Source of the DNA: Candidatus Cloacimonadales bacterium
GTDB lineage: Bacteria; Cloacimonadota; Cloacimonadia; Cloacimonadales; JAIOQZ01
Assembly (NCBI GenBank): GCA_963662655.2
Contig: CAXXTU010000002.1
Location: 320,001-384,000 of the forward strand
Direction of reading: 5' to 3'
Length of the DNA: 64,000 bases
The number at the start of each line of letters is the position of its first letter. The stretch's first letter is position 1. The notes beneath the pieces are model-generated. The model was not told the origin of the DNA, did not search any database, and was given only the letters and a program-made list of their open reading frames with translations. The position numbers and the translations under genes are program-made. Shown in pieces: positions 20,598 through 29,537 of this stretch.

Positions 20598-21941
20598 ATG
20601 AAAATACTTACTCCGAAAAACATCGTCAAAGAACTGGATAAATATATCATCGGGCAAACGGACGCTAAACGCGCGACAGCCATTGCGCTTCGAAATCGCT
20701 GGAGACGCCAGCGCGTTAGCGGTGAACTGCAGGAAGAGATCATCCCCAACAACATCATCATGATCGGACCCACCGGCGTTGGGAAGACCGAGATCGCTCG
20801 CAGGCTTTCACGGCTTGCAAACGCGCCTTTCATCAAGGTAGAGGCGTCCAAGTTTACCGAAGTCGGCTACGTTGGCCGCGACGTCGAATCGATGGTTCGC
20901 GAGCTGATGGATATCGCGGTAAACGACGTCCGCGTGGAGATGTCGAACAAAGTTTACCGCAAGGCGCAGGACAACGCGCGGGAGAAGGTTCTGGATCACC
21001 TCCTGCCACCGCCCAAGCCATCCGAAGACGATCAAGATGCCAAAGATCGCTACCACCGCTCCCGCATGAAAATGGCCAACATGCTCGACGACGGCAAGCT
21101 CGACGACCACGAGATCGAGATTACGCAGGAGAACAGCAACAACCCTCATATCGAGATATTCTCCAACATCGGGCTCGAATCGTTCGACCTGAATTTCAGC
21201 GAGATGCTCTCCAATATAATGCCGTTCCAGAAGAACGACTCCAAGCGCAGGAAGCTCAAGGTTCCCCAGGCTCTGGAGATGCTTACGCAGCAGGAGGCCG
21301 GGCGCCTGGTCAACAAGGACAAGGTAATCGAGGTTGCTCGTGAACGCGTGGAGGATCACGGAATCATTTTCATCGACGAGATCGACAAGATCGCCTCTCG
21401 CGAGCAGGAAGGGCGCGCCGACGTCTCACGCTCCGGCGTACAGCGCGATTTGCTTCCTATCGTGGAAGGCTCGAATGTCCCCACCAAGTACGGTATGATA
21501 AACACCCGTCACATCCTGTTCATCGCTGCCGGTGCTTTCCACAGTGCGAAGCCCTCGGACTTGATCCCCGAGCTTCAGGGACGTTTCCCCATCCGCGTAG
21601 AACTGGACAGCCTCTCGGTGGACGACTTCGAGAAAATACTCCAGTTCCCGAAGAACGCACTGCTCAAGCAGTATGTCGCCATGTTCAAGACGGAGAAGGT
21701 CGCCCTTGAATTCACCGATAAAGCCGTCCGTGAGATCGCTCGCTACGCTGCCGAAGCGAACCAGAAGATGGAGGACATCGGCGCGCGCAGGCTTCACACC
21801 ATCTTGAACGCGCTGCTGGACGATTACCTCTTCGCCATGCCGGACAGCGGATTGAAGAAGGTGAAGATCACCGAGAAAGAGGTCGATGAAAAGCTGGAGA
21901 AGATCATCCAGAACGAAGATTTATCGCGATACATATTATAG
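20598..21941 (+). CDS. hslU: ATP-dependent protease ATPase subunit HslU
   Basis: GPTGVGKTE, GYVGRD, GVQRDLLP, IGARRL, DLSRYIL. Confidence 0.97.
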   Translation: MKILTPKNIVKELDKYIIGQTDAKRATAIALRNRWRRQRVSGELQEEIIPNNIIMIGPTGVGKTEIARRLSRLANAPFIKVEASKFTEVGYVGRDVESMVRELMDIAVNDVRVEMSNKVYRKAQDNAREKVLDHLLPPPKPSEDDQDAKDRYHRSRMKMANMLDDGKLDDHEIEITQENSNNPHIEIFSNIGLESFDLNFSEMLSNIMPFQKNDSKRRKLKVPQALEMLTQQEAGRLVNKDKVIEVARERVEDHGIIFIDEIDKIASREQEGRADVSRSGVQRDLLPIVEGSNVPTKYGMINTRHILFIAAGAFHSAKPSDLIPELQGRFPIRVELDSLSVDDFEKILQFPKNALLKQYVAMFKTEKVALEFTDKAVREIARYAAEANQKMEDIGARRLHTILNALLDDYLFAMPDSGLKKVKITEKEVDEKLEKIIQNEDLSRYIL

Positions 21942-22100
21942 AATATTCACGGGCGGAAATGTGCTTGCGTTTTCGCCCGGCCATACCGAAAACACTCAGA
22001 CCTTTCACATTTCTTTTGACAGTCAAAGATCATTAGACAAAAAATACGCTTAAGCGATCTTCAACGGGGGATCGTTGAATCGAGAAACAGGAGATACTAC

Positions 22101-22817
22101 ATGAAAAAGGCCTTATTGATTGCTACATTAATCATTACTTGTTTTATCCTTTTAGCTCAGGATACGCCCGATGTTTTTCAGGAATATCAGAAGAATCCGA
22201 ACACCGATACGTTCGATAAAGCCCTTGCGCAGTACCGCCAGCAATTGGAAGCGGAACCGGAGAATTTCCAGCCCCGCTTGATGCTTTCCTGGCTGCTCAT
22301 CATGGAGATGGAGCGTAATAACGAGTACTTTGCCACCAACCTCGATTCTCTTCCCATGCCTGCGAAATTCCAGTACGCGAATATGCTTCTGGAGCTGGGC
22401 CAAAACGAAGAGGCCATCGACATATACACGGTTCTCAACGAAGCTGCCCCGAAGTGGAGCTGCCCGTGGCGTCACCGCGGTGAGGCCTACATGAACATGA
22501 GGGAATACGCGCAGGCGGAAGAAGCGCTTCTTATGGCGATCGAGACCCGTAAAGAGCACTACGACGCCTACATCTGGCTCGCGAATGCGCAAAAAGAGCT
22601 CGGCAAGATGAAAGAGGCGCTGGCAACGCTCGAAACCGGCCTGACATACAAGGGAAAGGACATCGAAGACCCTGAGGAAGAACTGGATTCCCTCGATGTT
22701 TATTTCCTTCACCTCGAGCTTCTCAAAGCGAATGACAGGAAAGACGAATTCAGCAAACTGGCTGAGAAAGTTCGCGAGCTTGCCCCGGAAGATGCAAGGT
22801 GGGAAGCTTTACAGTAG
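22101..22817 (+). CDS. Exported TPR protein
   Basis: Signal peptide, TPR-like helical repeats, AGGAG RBS. Confidence 0.7.
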   Translation: MKKALLIATLIITCFILLAQDTPDVFQEYQKNPNTDTFDKALAQYRQQLEAEPENFQPRLMLSWLLIMEMERNNEYFATNLDSLPMPAKFQYANMLLELGQNEEAIDIYTVLNEAAPKWSCPWRHRGEAYMNMREYAQAEEALLMAIETRKEHYDAYIWLANAQKELGKMKEALATLETGLTYKGKDIEDPEEELDSLDVYFLHLELLKANDRKDEFSKLAEKVRELAPEDARWEALQ

Positions 22818-23851
22818 ATTTTCGGCGGTTTATAACCGTAATTGCATACATATTGCTGGTTCTTCCTGCGTCGTTGACGGCGCAGGAACGACCGGCGGAC
22901 ATGCTCAAATCGGTCGATGTCAAGATCGGATCGTTTTTCGGGACCAAGTACAATCGGGACTACTCCGAGGATAAGAAGTCGCAGTTTTTCTCCAAGCACC
23001 TATTCAGGCTCGGCGCAACCGTATCTCCTGCCAAAGACATAGAGATAACCACCTCCGCTTCACTCCACGACAACGTTTTTGGGACGAGCGTCTCCTTTCA
23101 CGAGTTCACAGTGATGTACCGCAAAGAGCTATGGCAGATCGGCTACCGCTACTTCATGCTGGGTTTCGGCGAGGGATCGAGAATATTCGATACGAACGTG
23201 CTGGATACTTATTACGACGAGCCGGTTTTAGAGCAGTACGACTTCTATGGCGTCGATGGCATGTACAGGATAGGAGACGCTTACCTGGGGGCTCGAGTTG
23301 GCGGAAACGAGTACAACACGTCGATTCTCGAACTGACCTCCGGCTATGAGCATCGCTACGGCAACTTCGGCGTTTGGCTTCTGCACGTGGAGCGCGATAA
23401 CCTCTACAATTCCAGGATGAGCTCCGTCGGCGGTGATTTCACGGCGGACATCGAGCAGCTTCACCTATACGGAGCGATCATGTACCGGCATTACCCCAAG
23501 ATGGACAAGGTTGACGATACAAGCGTCACCAGCTGGATCGCGGAAGCTGGGTACACGTTCGACCATGATTTGAGCATCGCGGCAAACTACGTCGCGAAAC
23601 AGGTCAATCAGGATGAACCGACCTGGCAGTTCAACGTTCGCTCTGCGTGGCGTATGGGGATTTTCGAGCCGGCATTCTTGTGGAAATATTACAAGCGCAT
23701 GGATTACACAGAGAAGGAGTACCGCGGCACAGCGATGTTCGAATTGACGCCTGGCTGGAAGATGGGCTTCAACGCCGCCGCGATTGATCCTTCGATCGGC
23801 TCGATGATTTACCAGATAGGCGTAGAGACCCTGGTGGACATGGCTTTATGA
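22799..23851 (+). CDS. Putative outer membrane beta-barrel protein
   Basis: Signal-like N-terminus, alternating aromatic/hydrophobic beta strands; start uncertain. Confidence 0.5.
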   Translation: MGSFTVDFRRFITVIAYILLVLPASLTAQERPADMLKSVDVKIGSFFGTKYNRDYSEDKKSQFFSKHLFRLGATVSPAKDIEITTSASLHDNVFGTSVSFHEFTVMYRKELWQIGYRYFMLGFGEGSRIFDTNVLDTYYDEPVLEQYDFYGVDGMYRIGDAYLGARVGGNEYNTSILELTSGYEHRYGNFGVWLLHVERDNLYNSRMSSVGGDFTADIEQLHLYGAIMYRHYPKMDKVDDTSVTSWIAEAGYTFDHDLSIAANYVAKQVNQDEPTWQFNVRSAWRMGIFEPAFLWKYYKRMDYTEKEYRGTAMFELTPGWKMGFNAAAIDPSIGSMIYQIGVETLVDMAL

Positions 23852-24588
23852 GATGGTGTTTAAGGCTCTTCTGGCTGCCGGTTGCGCTGCTTGCGATTCT
23901 TTCGTGCGACAACAATTCAGGGCGTTTCGCTGATCGCACCATCGTCTGCTTCTGCTTCGACGACGAACATGAATCCGCTTACACCGTCGCGTTTCCCGTC
24001 ATGCAGGAGTATGGATTCACGGGAACGATGGTGGTCAACAGCGGTTGGCTGGGCAATACCGGGCGGATGACGTGGAACCAGCTCGACGAGATGGTTCTGG
24101 AGAATGGATGGGAGCTAGCCGGCCACACGAGGCACCACGTTAATCTCGCGACTTGCTCCTACGAAGAAGCATGGGACGAGGTTGTGGGCGAGTTTGAGCT
24201 CTATACGGATATGGGGTATGAAGTCACGATGTTCGCCCTGCCGGCGGGGGAGGCGTCAACGCGGGATTTCGAGATTATCAGCGAGTGCTACGAGACGATC
24301 CGCACCAGCCGGGATATCACCATGAAAGCGCCGGTCAATCCGCACTATCTGGGGTATTTCTCCTACTGGACCGAGTACGAGCCGGAGCAGGTCTATCAGC
24401 GTATACAGATGGGCATGAAAGATCAGGAGGATTTGATTATCCTCGGATTTCACAGCCTCAAGGATCCTGACGAAGGCGCGCTGACTAATTGCAGTCCCGA
24501 CGATTTCAGGGCGATTGTGGAATACATCTCGAAGCTCGATGTCGAAGTGATGACGATCCGCGAGGCTGTGAGGCTTCTGAAGAAATAG
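23848..24588 (+). CDS. Polysaccharide deacetylase family lipoprotein
   Basis: Lipobox ILSC, FCFDD, GWELAGHTRHH. Confidence 0.75.
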   Translation: MRWCLRLFWLPVALLAILSCDNNSGRFADRTIVCFCFDDEHESAYTVAFPVMQEYGFTGTMVVNSGWLGNTGRMTWNQLDEMVLENGWELAGHTRHHVNLATCSYEEAWDEVVGEFELYTDMGYEVTMFALPAGEASTRDFEIISECYETIRTSRDITMKAPVNPHYLGYFSYWTEYEPEQVYQRIQMGMKDQEDLIILGFHSLKDPDEGALTNCSPDDFRAIVEYISKLDVEVMTIREAVRLLKK

Positions 24589-24640
24589 ATCGAACGAATT
24601 TATTGACAGGTTTGCCTGCGGTATAAACTGCGACTCACGC

Positions 24641-24717
24641 GTCCCCGTAGCTCAGCTGGATAGAGCGCTTGCCTCCGGAGCAAGAGGCCGTGCGTTCGAA
24701 TCGCGCCGGGGACGCCA
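24641..24717 (+). tRNA. tRNA-Arg (CCG)
   Basis: GTCCCCG/CGGGGAC acceptor stem, CTTGC-CTCCGGA-GCAAG anticodon arm, TTCGAAT T-loop, encoded CCA; TTGACA upstream at 24603. Confidence 0.97.
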
Positions 24718-24724
24718 TTATAAA

Positions 24725-25090
24725 TATAAAGTGTCAGGCAAATTTCTAAAAAGTTGCAAGTAGTTTTTATTATAAAGTGTCAGGCAAATTTCTAAAAAGT
24801 TGCAAGTAGTTTTCTAAATCACCCCCGCTCACCCAAGCCGTTTCCATCCATCTAGCACAGTAAACGCAGTAATAGCATAAGTTTAGTTCTGAGTTGCAAG
24901 CAGTTTTCTAAATAATTGGAAAGGCAGCCGATCAAAGCAGCTGCCTCAAACTTATATCTTGTTGTTAAATGGTTAGTTAGTACTGTGTTGCAAGTGGTTT
25001 TCTAAATTCTCAATCTGAAAACCCGATTCGAACACCGTAAAACACTAAAATCTAATCAATTAGAACCCAGTTGCAAGTAGTTTTCTAAAT
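24725..25090 (+). repeat. Element-end repeat array: 43-bp tandem duplication plus 21-bp GTTGCAAGYRGTTTTCTAAAT repeats
   Basis: 43-mer at 24725 and 24771; 21-mers at 24799, 24893, 24987, 25070; partial copy at 24753; degenerate copies at 24731 and 24777. Confidence 0.9.
24920..24946 (-). terminator. Putative terminator of phage late operon
   Basis: AGGCAGC/GCTGCCT stem followed by a short U run on the minus strand. Confidence 0.45.
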
Positions 25091-25250
25091 CGTAGGCAAT
25101 CCCGTGTTGATCCAGGTACTCAATCGCCTGCTCCCGGGTGTCGAACTCGAAGCACGTATAGTCTGTGATCGTGCTTTCGGAGTCGGTCAAACATATCAGG
25201 CAATTGTTATGGATCACAATTCGCCAGGCTTTTGCGTTGTATACAGCCAT
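25056..25250 (-). CDS. Small phage hypothetical protein
   Basis: Last ORF of the operon with G-rich RBS; its 3' end contains the 21-bp repeat at 25070. Confidence 0.6.
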   Translation of the reverse strand: MAVYNAKAWRIVIHNNCLICLTDSESTITDYTCFEFDTREQAIEYLDQHGIAYDLENYLQLGSN

Positions 25251-25258
25251 ACCCCCAC

Positions 25259-26104
25259 CTAATTCGTGTTCACGACGATTCCTGAGCCATCGAGGTATTC
25301 AACGATCGAGGCTTCAGGAACGCCCTTGATTATCGCCAAGGCTACATCAAGGTTTGCTATCGTGCATGAGCCCTTATTACAGCCCGTGACGGTAACGGTG
25401 GCCGACCAGCCTGACGATCGAGCCGTTTTCATGTCGATCAACATGCGGACAATCGACAAAGCGGTAAGTCCGTCGTTGCCGGAGAAATTTCCGACAAACC
25501 CGGCATTCCAGCAGCATACGCCCGGCGTGTATGCCGATAATCCTGCGTTGTTTGCGAAGATGCTACCAAGTGGAAGCCCGAGCAATACACCGACATCACC
25601 TTCCACCTCGGCAGCTTCCCGGATATCGATGTAGCCGAGATTTTCGCACAGCGCAAGAAAAACTACGTCTCCGAAGCAGCGGTCACGGGCCACAAAAAAC
25701 TGCAGCTCCGGAAGCCAGGCCATTCTAGGCGATAACTCCATGCTCGTGGCAGATCCGAAGAAGCTAAGATACAGGCAGCGTTCAAGCCCGAAGAGGCTGT
25801 TAGGAAGCAGTTTCACCAGGCCTTGGCTCGCTATCTCGACGCGCATTATATACCCGATATCGCCAAGAATCACAATGTGAAAGACGCCGTTATTCGCATA
25901 TTGATGCGGACGATCAGAAGCGCTTCCCGTGCCTGCAATCGGAGTAATATTGCCGTCGCCCCAATGAATGGCCGCAGCATGACCATACTGGCATCCGGTA
26001 TTGATCACGATCGTCTGACTCGCATAATCCGTAATCGTCGCGACGAATTGCACACCCTGAGCAAGCTGCTGATGCGACTCCAGAGAATTCATTACTGTCA
26101 GCAT
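25259..26104 (-). CDS. Phage tail-region protein with PKD-like and LRR-like segments
   Basis: IHWGDG...HQY motif then L-x-x-L-x-Y-L repeats; distal tail position. Confidence 0.5.
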   Translation of the reverse strand: MLTVMNSLESHQQLAQGVQFVATITDYASQTIVINTGCQYGHAAAIHWGDGNITPIAGTGSASDRPHQYANNGVFHIVILGDIGYIMRVEIASQGLVKLLPNSLFGLERCLYLSFFGSATSMELSPRMAWLPELQFFVARDRCFGDVVFLALCENLGYIDIREAAEVEGDVGVLLGLPLGSIFANNAGLSAYTPGVCCWNAGFVGNFSGNDGLTALSIVRMLIDMKTARSSGWSATVTVTGCNKGSCTIANLDVALAIIKGVPEASIVEYLDGSGIVVNTN

Positions 26105-26106
26105 GA

Positions 26107-26391
26107 TTACCCTTTGTAGGCGATGATCTTGCCGCCTGTGAGCGTGATCTTCGAGAACAGCCCGTAGACGATCCCACCGGCGGGTATTTCGGTATTCAAA
26201 GCGCTCAAATTCTTGCCGTTGCTATTGATCTCCATGCTCGTTTCATCGTCGGGGAACGTAGCGCCCAACAGCTGAATTGCATACCAGGCGCCCGTGTGCT
26301 CGCTGGTGTCCGAAATGATGTCGAAATCCTTGGGAATAGCCCAGGTTTGACGGGCTTCCCGTGGTGCGTTTTGACTGCGTGGATCTGGCAT
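26107..26391 (-). CDS. Phage hypothetical protein
   Basis: AGGAGG RBS; C-terminal GGIVYGLFSKITLTGGKIIAY. Confidence 0.6.
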   Translation of the reverse strand: MPDPRSQNAPREARQTWAIPKDFDIISDTSEHTGAWYAIQLLGATFPDDETSMEINSNGKNLSALNTEIPAGGIVYGLFSKITLTGGKIIAYKG

Positions 26392-26403
26392 TTTGTCCTC
26401 CTT

Positions 26404-27294
26404 TTAGGTGCCTGAACCTTGATAGTTTTGTACGTCTTCAAAGTAATCGTACCAGATGAAGACGGATACACGACCGCCGTTTGCGATGGTGCCAGCCCCG
26501 GAGACGGCGATTTTGAAAGCACTGCCGACACCGCTCAGGATGCCGGAGTCCGAGCTGTAGTCGAACATCGTCGAAATCTTCGTGTTTGCGGTTCCGGATT
26601 CACCGGTTTCACATATTTTCTGGTTCCCGGCCCCGCCTGCATAGCTCGCTCCCCAGGTCGTCCCCAGGGCAACGTCAATTCGAATCTGACAGCCAATGAG
26701 TCGAGAGCCTTCCGGCAAAGCGCTCAGCGCAATATCGAGCTGCGAGGTCGTGCCATCCGCTACTGCATAAGTCGTGTAAATTTTGGTGTGAAGCTTGCCG
26801 GTTTCAAGGGATCCGCAAACTTGCCAGTCGGTCGTGACTTTTGGGGAAAGCACCGATGTGCTGGCCTCGAGCGTAGTGAATTCGCCGGTGTTTGGCGTGG
26901 CCGCGCCGATCGAGCAATTATTGATCGTTCCGCCCATCAAGTCTTTATCGAGAACGATTTGCGTGCCGGAGACGGTGACTAGTTCTGCCGTCAGACCGTC
27001 GAGAAGGGCCAGCTCAGTAGTCGTAATTTCGCCCGACTCGAGTTCGCCGGTGCTGTTGACGATCGCCACCCGGTTCGTAGGCGTAAAGCCACGCTGAGCG
27101 TACGCTCGTAGCTCTGACGCGAGGATCGCCTTCGAAACGCCTTCCGACACGTCCGCGATGTAAAAACGGTCAGACGAGCCCAGACTGAGCGAGCCGAGTA
27201 AGTCCATTTCGGACAGCTTCTTGTTCGCGCCCATCAGCAGGATCGCCAGCACCGCCATTACGGTGATGATGATCATTGATTTGTGTTTCTTCAT
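26404..27294 (-). CDS. Putative tail fibre/structural protein with signal-like N-terminus
   Basis: Gly/Thr/Ser-rich, GGTINNCSIGAATP motif; AAGGAG RBS. Confidence 0.5.
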   Translation of the reverse strand: MKKHKSMIIITVMAVLAILLMGANKKLSEMDLLGSLSLGSSDRFYIADVSEGVSKAILASELRAYAQRGFTPTNRVAIVNSTGELESGEITTTELALLDGLTAELVTVSGTQIVLDKDLMGGTINNCSIGAATPNTGEFTTLEASTSVLSPKVTTDWQVCGSLETGKLHTKIYTTYAVADGTTSQLDIALSALPEGSRLIGCQIRIDVALGTTWGASYAGGAGNQKICETGESGTANTKISTMFDYSSDSGILSGVGSAFKIAVSGAGTIANGGRVSVFIWYDYFEDVQNYQGSGT

Positions 27295-27303
27295 AATATC
27301 TCC

Positions 27304-27801
27304 TTATTGCTCCTCGAGGAGGATTTTATCGTTGCTTTCTTCGAGCTCAAACAGGCCGTCGCCTTCCTCGAGTTCGATGCCGGAAAGGTATTCGTCAGGC
27401 AGGCTCGGGAGCTCGTCGTAGAGGGCTGTAAATGACAGCTTGATCTCCTGCCTGAACTCGCGAGCTTCATCGCTGGCCGGTGGAAGTTTATCGATGGCCA
27501 CGGGAAAGTGCCTGGTTGAGTTGTCGTAGTCATATATGATGAAAAGCGCGTCGCCTTCATCGGTATTGAGGAAGTCGCGCAGGGCGTTCGATTCGGCTGG
27601 CCAGAGGATGGCCACGCAGTCGATATCGTCTTCGTGGTACCGGCCTCGACGCAGGACGATCGTCGGATCGAAGGCGTTTTGTTTTTCGACTCTCCAACGT
27701 TCTTTCGGCTTCCATTCGACCCGGGCGCGAGGTACATCGAGCGTGACGACGCCCGAGCCAGTATCTTTCACCAGGCGGAATCCGTCGAATCCAAGCATCA
27801 T
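27304..27801 (-). CDS. Phage tail-region hypothetical protein
   Basis: ATGA overlap with upstream gene; acidic C-terminus. Confidence 0.6.
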   Translation of the reverse strand: MMLGFDGFRLVKDTGSGVVTLDVPRARVEWKPKERWRVEKQNAFDPTIVLRRGRYHEDDIDCVAILWPAESNALRDFLNTDEGDALFIIYDYDNSTRHFPVAIDKLPPASDEAREFRQEIKLSFTALYDELPSLPDEYLSGIELEEGDGLFELEESNDKILLEEQ

Positions 27802-29537
27802 AGCGCCCACCCGACGATTCTGTACTCGTCATTCTCACGGTCAGGCAGCACCTCGGTCACGCCGTACACCTGGCCGTTGATCTGCACCTTCGAAAACAGC
27901 TCGATCGGGCCGTTTTTCGTCATGTCGTCGATCGAAATACTGTACGTCCATTGATTGGAAAGCAGGTCGCTGTAATGCTGCTGGAGCACCTCACCGAGGA
28001 CGGTAGTGTCGCCCATGAGAACCTTGAGAAGGGTGAAGTCGATGCTGTCCGGCTTGACTCGCTTCTTGGTCATTTTGACGATATCCCTTGTGCTGATCAC
28101 GCGCGGATCGCCGGAGAAGGAGCTCTTGTTCGCCAGGGTGAGCGTGCCGTTCACATCGATGATGGTGGCGTTGTACATGAGCAGCATCGCTTTCAAAACA
28201 CCCATCATTTCGGTTTCAGCGATATCGTTATCGCCCATCTTCAAGACCATCCGCTCGGGGAGTACGTTGCCAGTGTATTTCGATGTCATGATTCCTGTCG
28301 CAGGAGAAGTACCGTAAGTATTTGTTCCATCGATATATTCATCTTCGAGAGAGTGCAGATCGTTCGGGCTGATCAGATAGCCCTTGAAGAATTGGTAGAA
28401 TTCCATTATCGGATCGTTAAGCTCTGCTACATCTTCGAGCCAGTCCGTTTCTTCATTGTACTCGTATTTGACCGGACAAATCTTGTTATAATAATGATAT
28501 ACATAGCCCTTGTAAAATCCTTTGTAATGCGTTTCACCGGTCGTATGATTCTCGCGACGCATCGTTTTCATAAAGCCAAACACAAATGTCGGGAATGTTG
28601 CCCGATAGCCTCTTGTCGGGCTGCTCCAACTACGATAATGGCCAATCACGACATTCTCTATCGAGGATCCGAGAAACGACACCCGCATGTATGAGGCGTT
28701 CGGCGGCGTTATGATCGCCTCGATGTTCGAGACCGGGTATTCAGGAGAATCGGTAATAATGAATTCGTAATCGCCGTCGTAAAACGCGACACGCCTTATA
28801 TGAGTATTCGAAACATAAATCTGATTAGGGATAACGCTTATAAAATCAGATGTAGCGTAATCACCATCAAGAACCAACTCTCCCGTCGTGGTTGAGACAA
28901 TATAATTGTCCACCGCAGTCCATAAATTGTAAAGCTGCTCATTAAACCAGTCATATTCGAAATACGACGTGTCATCCGGTAGAGGCGCGAAATCATTGTA
29001 ATCGATGGTTACGAGCGGGTAGTTCGACACCTCGATCGAAGGTATTACGAGATTGTTCTGGAAAGGCAGATCAATGTCAATCTTGATCATGATTTGCTGT
29101 GCGAAATAGCTCAACACGAAATCGGGTGACCAGGGTGTTGCCCAATAATAGCGTAGAACCAAATCCTCGAAGACCTTGAGCAAGCGCAGACGGTCGTACA
29201 GCGTCACCTCAAAAACCTCGCTGCTGTAGTCGTAGCTCACGACCGACGTGTCGATTACGCCCCAGTAGATCAGTGTGTTGCCGTCGAAAACCTTGGCCTC
29301 GAAGTGGCTGATCCCGCGATCGTGCTCATAGGAGTCCGAAAGAAGATGCTCATCGATCCAGGAATCAAGAAAGACCTGGAACTTGAGCCGGACGGGCTCG
29401 TGCGCGAAATATCCGGAACCGGCGATCTTCTTGGCAGAGCCCTGGAACTTGTGGAAATCCCGCTGAAACAGCTGGTGAACCACGTTTCCGTAGGTTGGCG
29501 AGGAGGTTCGTCCGTCTATAATATCGATCCGGATCAC
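27798..29537 (-). CDS. Phage tail tip/hub-like protein
   Basis: Immediately follows and overlaps the tape measure gene. Confidence 0.55.
   Translation of the reverse strand: MIRIDIIDGRTSSPTYGNVVHQLFQRDFHKFQGSAKKIAGSGYFAHEPVRLKFQVFLDSWIDEHLLSDSYEHDRGISHFEAKVFDGNTLIYWGVIDTSVVSYDYSSEVFEVTLYDRLRLLKVFEDLVLRYYWATPWSPDFVLSYFAQQIMIKIDIDLPFQNNLVIPSIEVSNYPLVTIDYNDFAPLPDDTSYFEYDWFNEQLYNLWTAVDNYIVSTTTGELVLDGDYATSDFISVIPNQIYVSNTHIRRVAFYDGDYEFIITDSPEYPVSNIEAIITPPNASYMRVSFLGSSIENVVIGHYRSWSSPTRGYRATFPTFVFGFMKTMRRENHTTGETHYKGFYKGYVYHYYNKICPVKYEYNEETDWLEDVAELNDPIMEFYQFFKGYLISPNDLHSLEDEYIDGTNTYGTSPATGIMTSKYTGNVLPERMVLKMGDNDIAETEMMGVLKAMLLMYNATIIDVNGTLTLANKSSFSGDPRVISTRDIVKMTKKRVKPDSIDFTLLKVLMGDTTVLGEVLQQHYSDLLSNQWTYSISIDDMTKNGPIELFSKVQINGQVYGVTEVLPDRENDEYRIVGWAL

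Noticed and set aside
18655..20851. Long antisense ORFs (450 and 318 aa) and similar shadow ORFs elsewhere
   Set aside because: They mirror well-conserved genes (ftsH, hslVU) and are expected from codon bias
24753..25090. 21-bp repeats as a CRISPR array
   Set aside because: Repeats are short and non-palindromic, spacers are 62-73 bp, one contains a terminator-like hairpin, the last copy lies in a gene, and no cas genes are present
25056..29537. Diversity-generating retroelement or invertible tail-fibre cassette
   Set aside because: No reverse transcriptase, invertase or TR/VR-like repeat pair seen in the window
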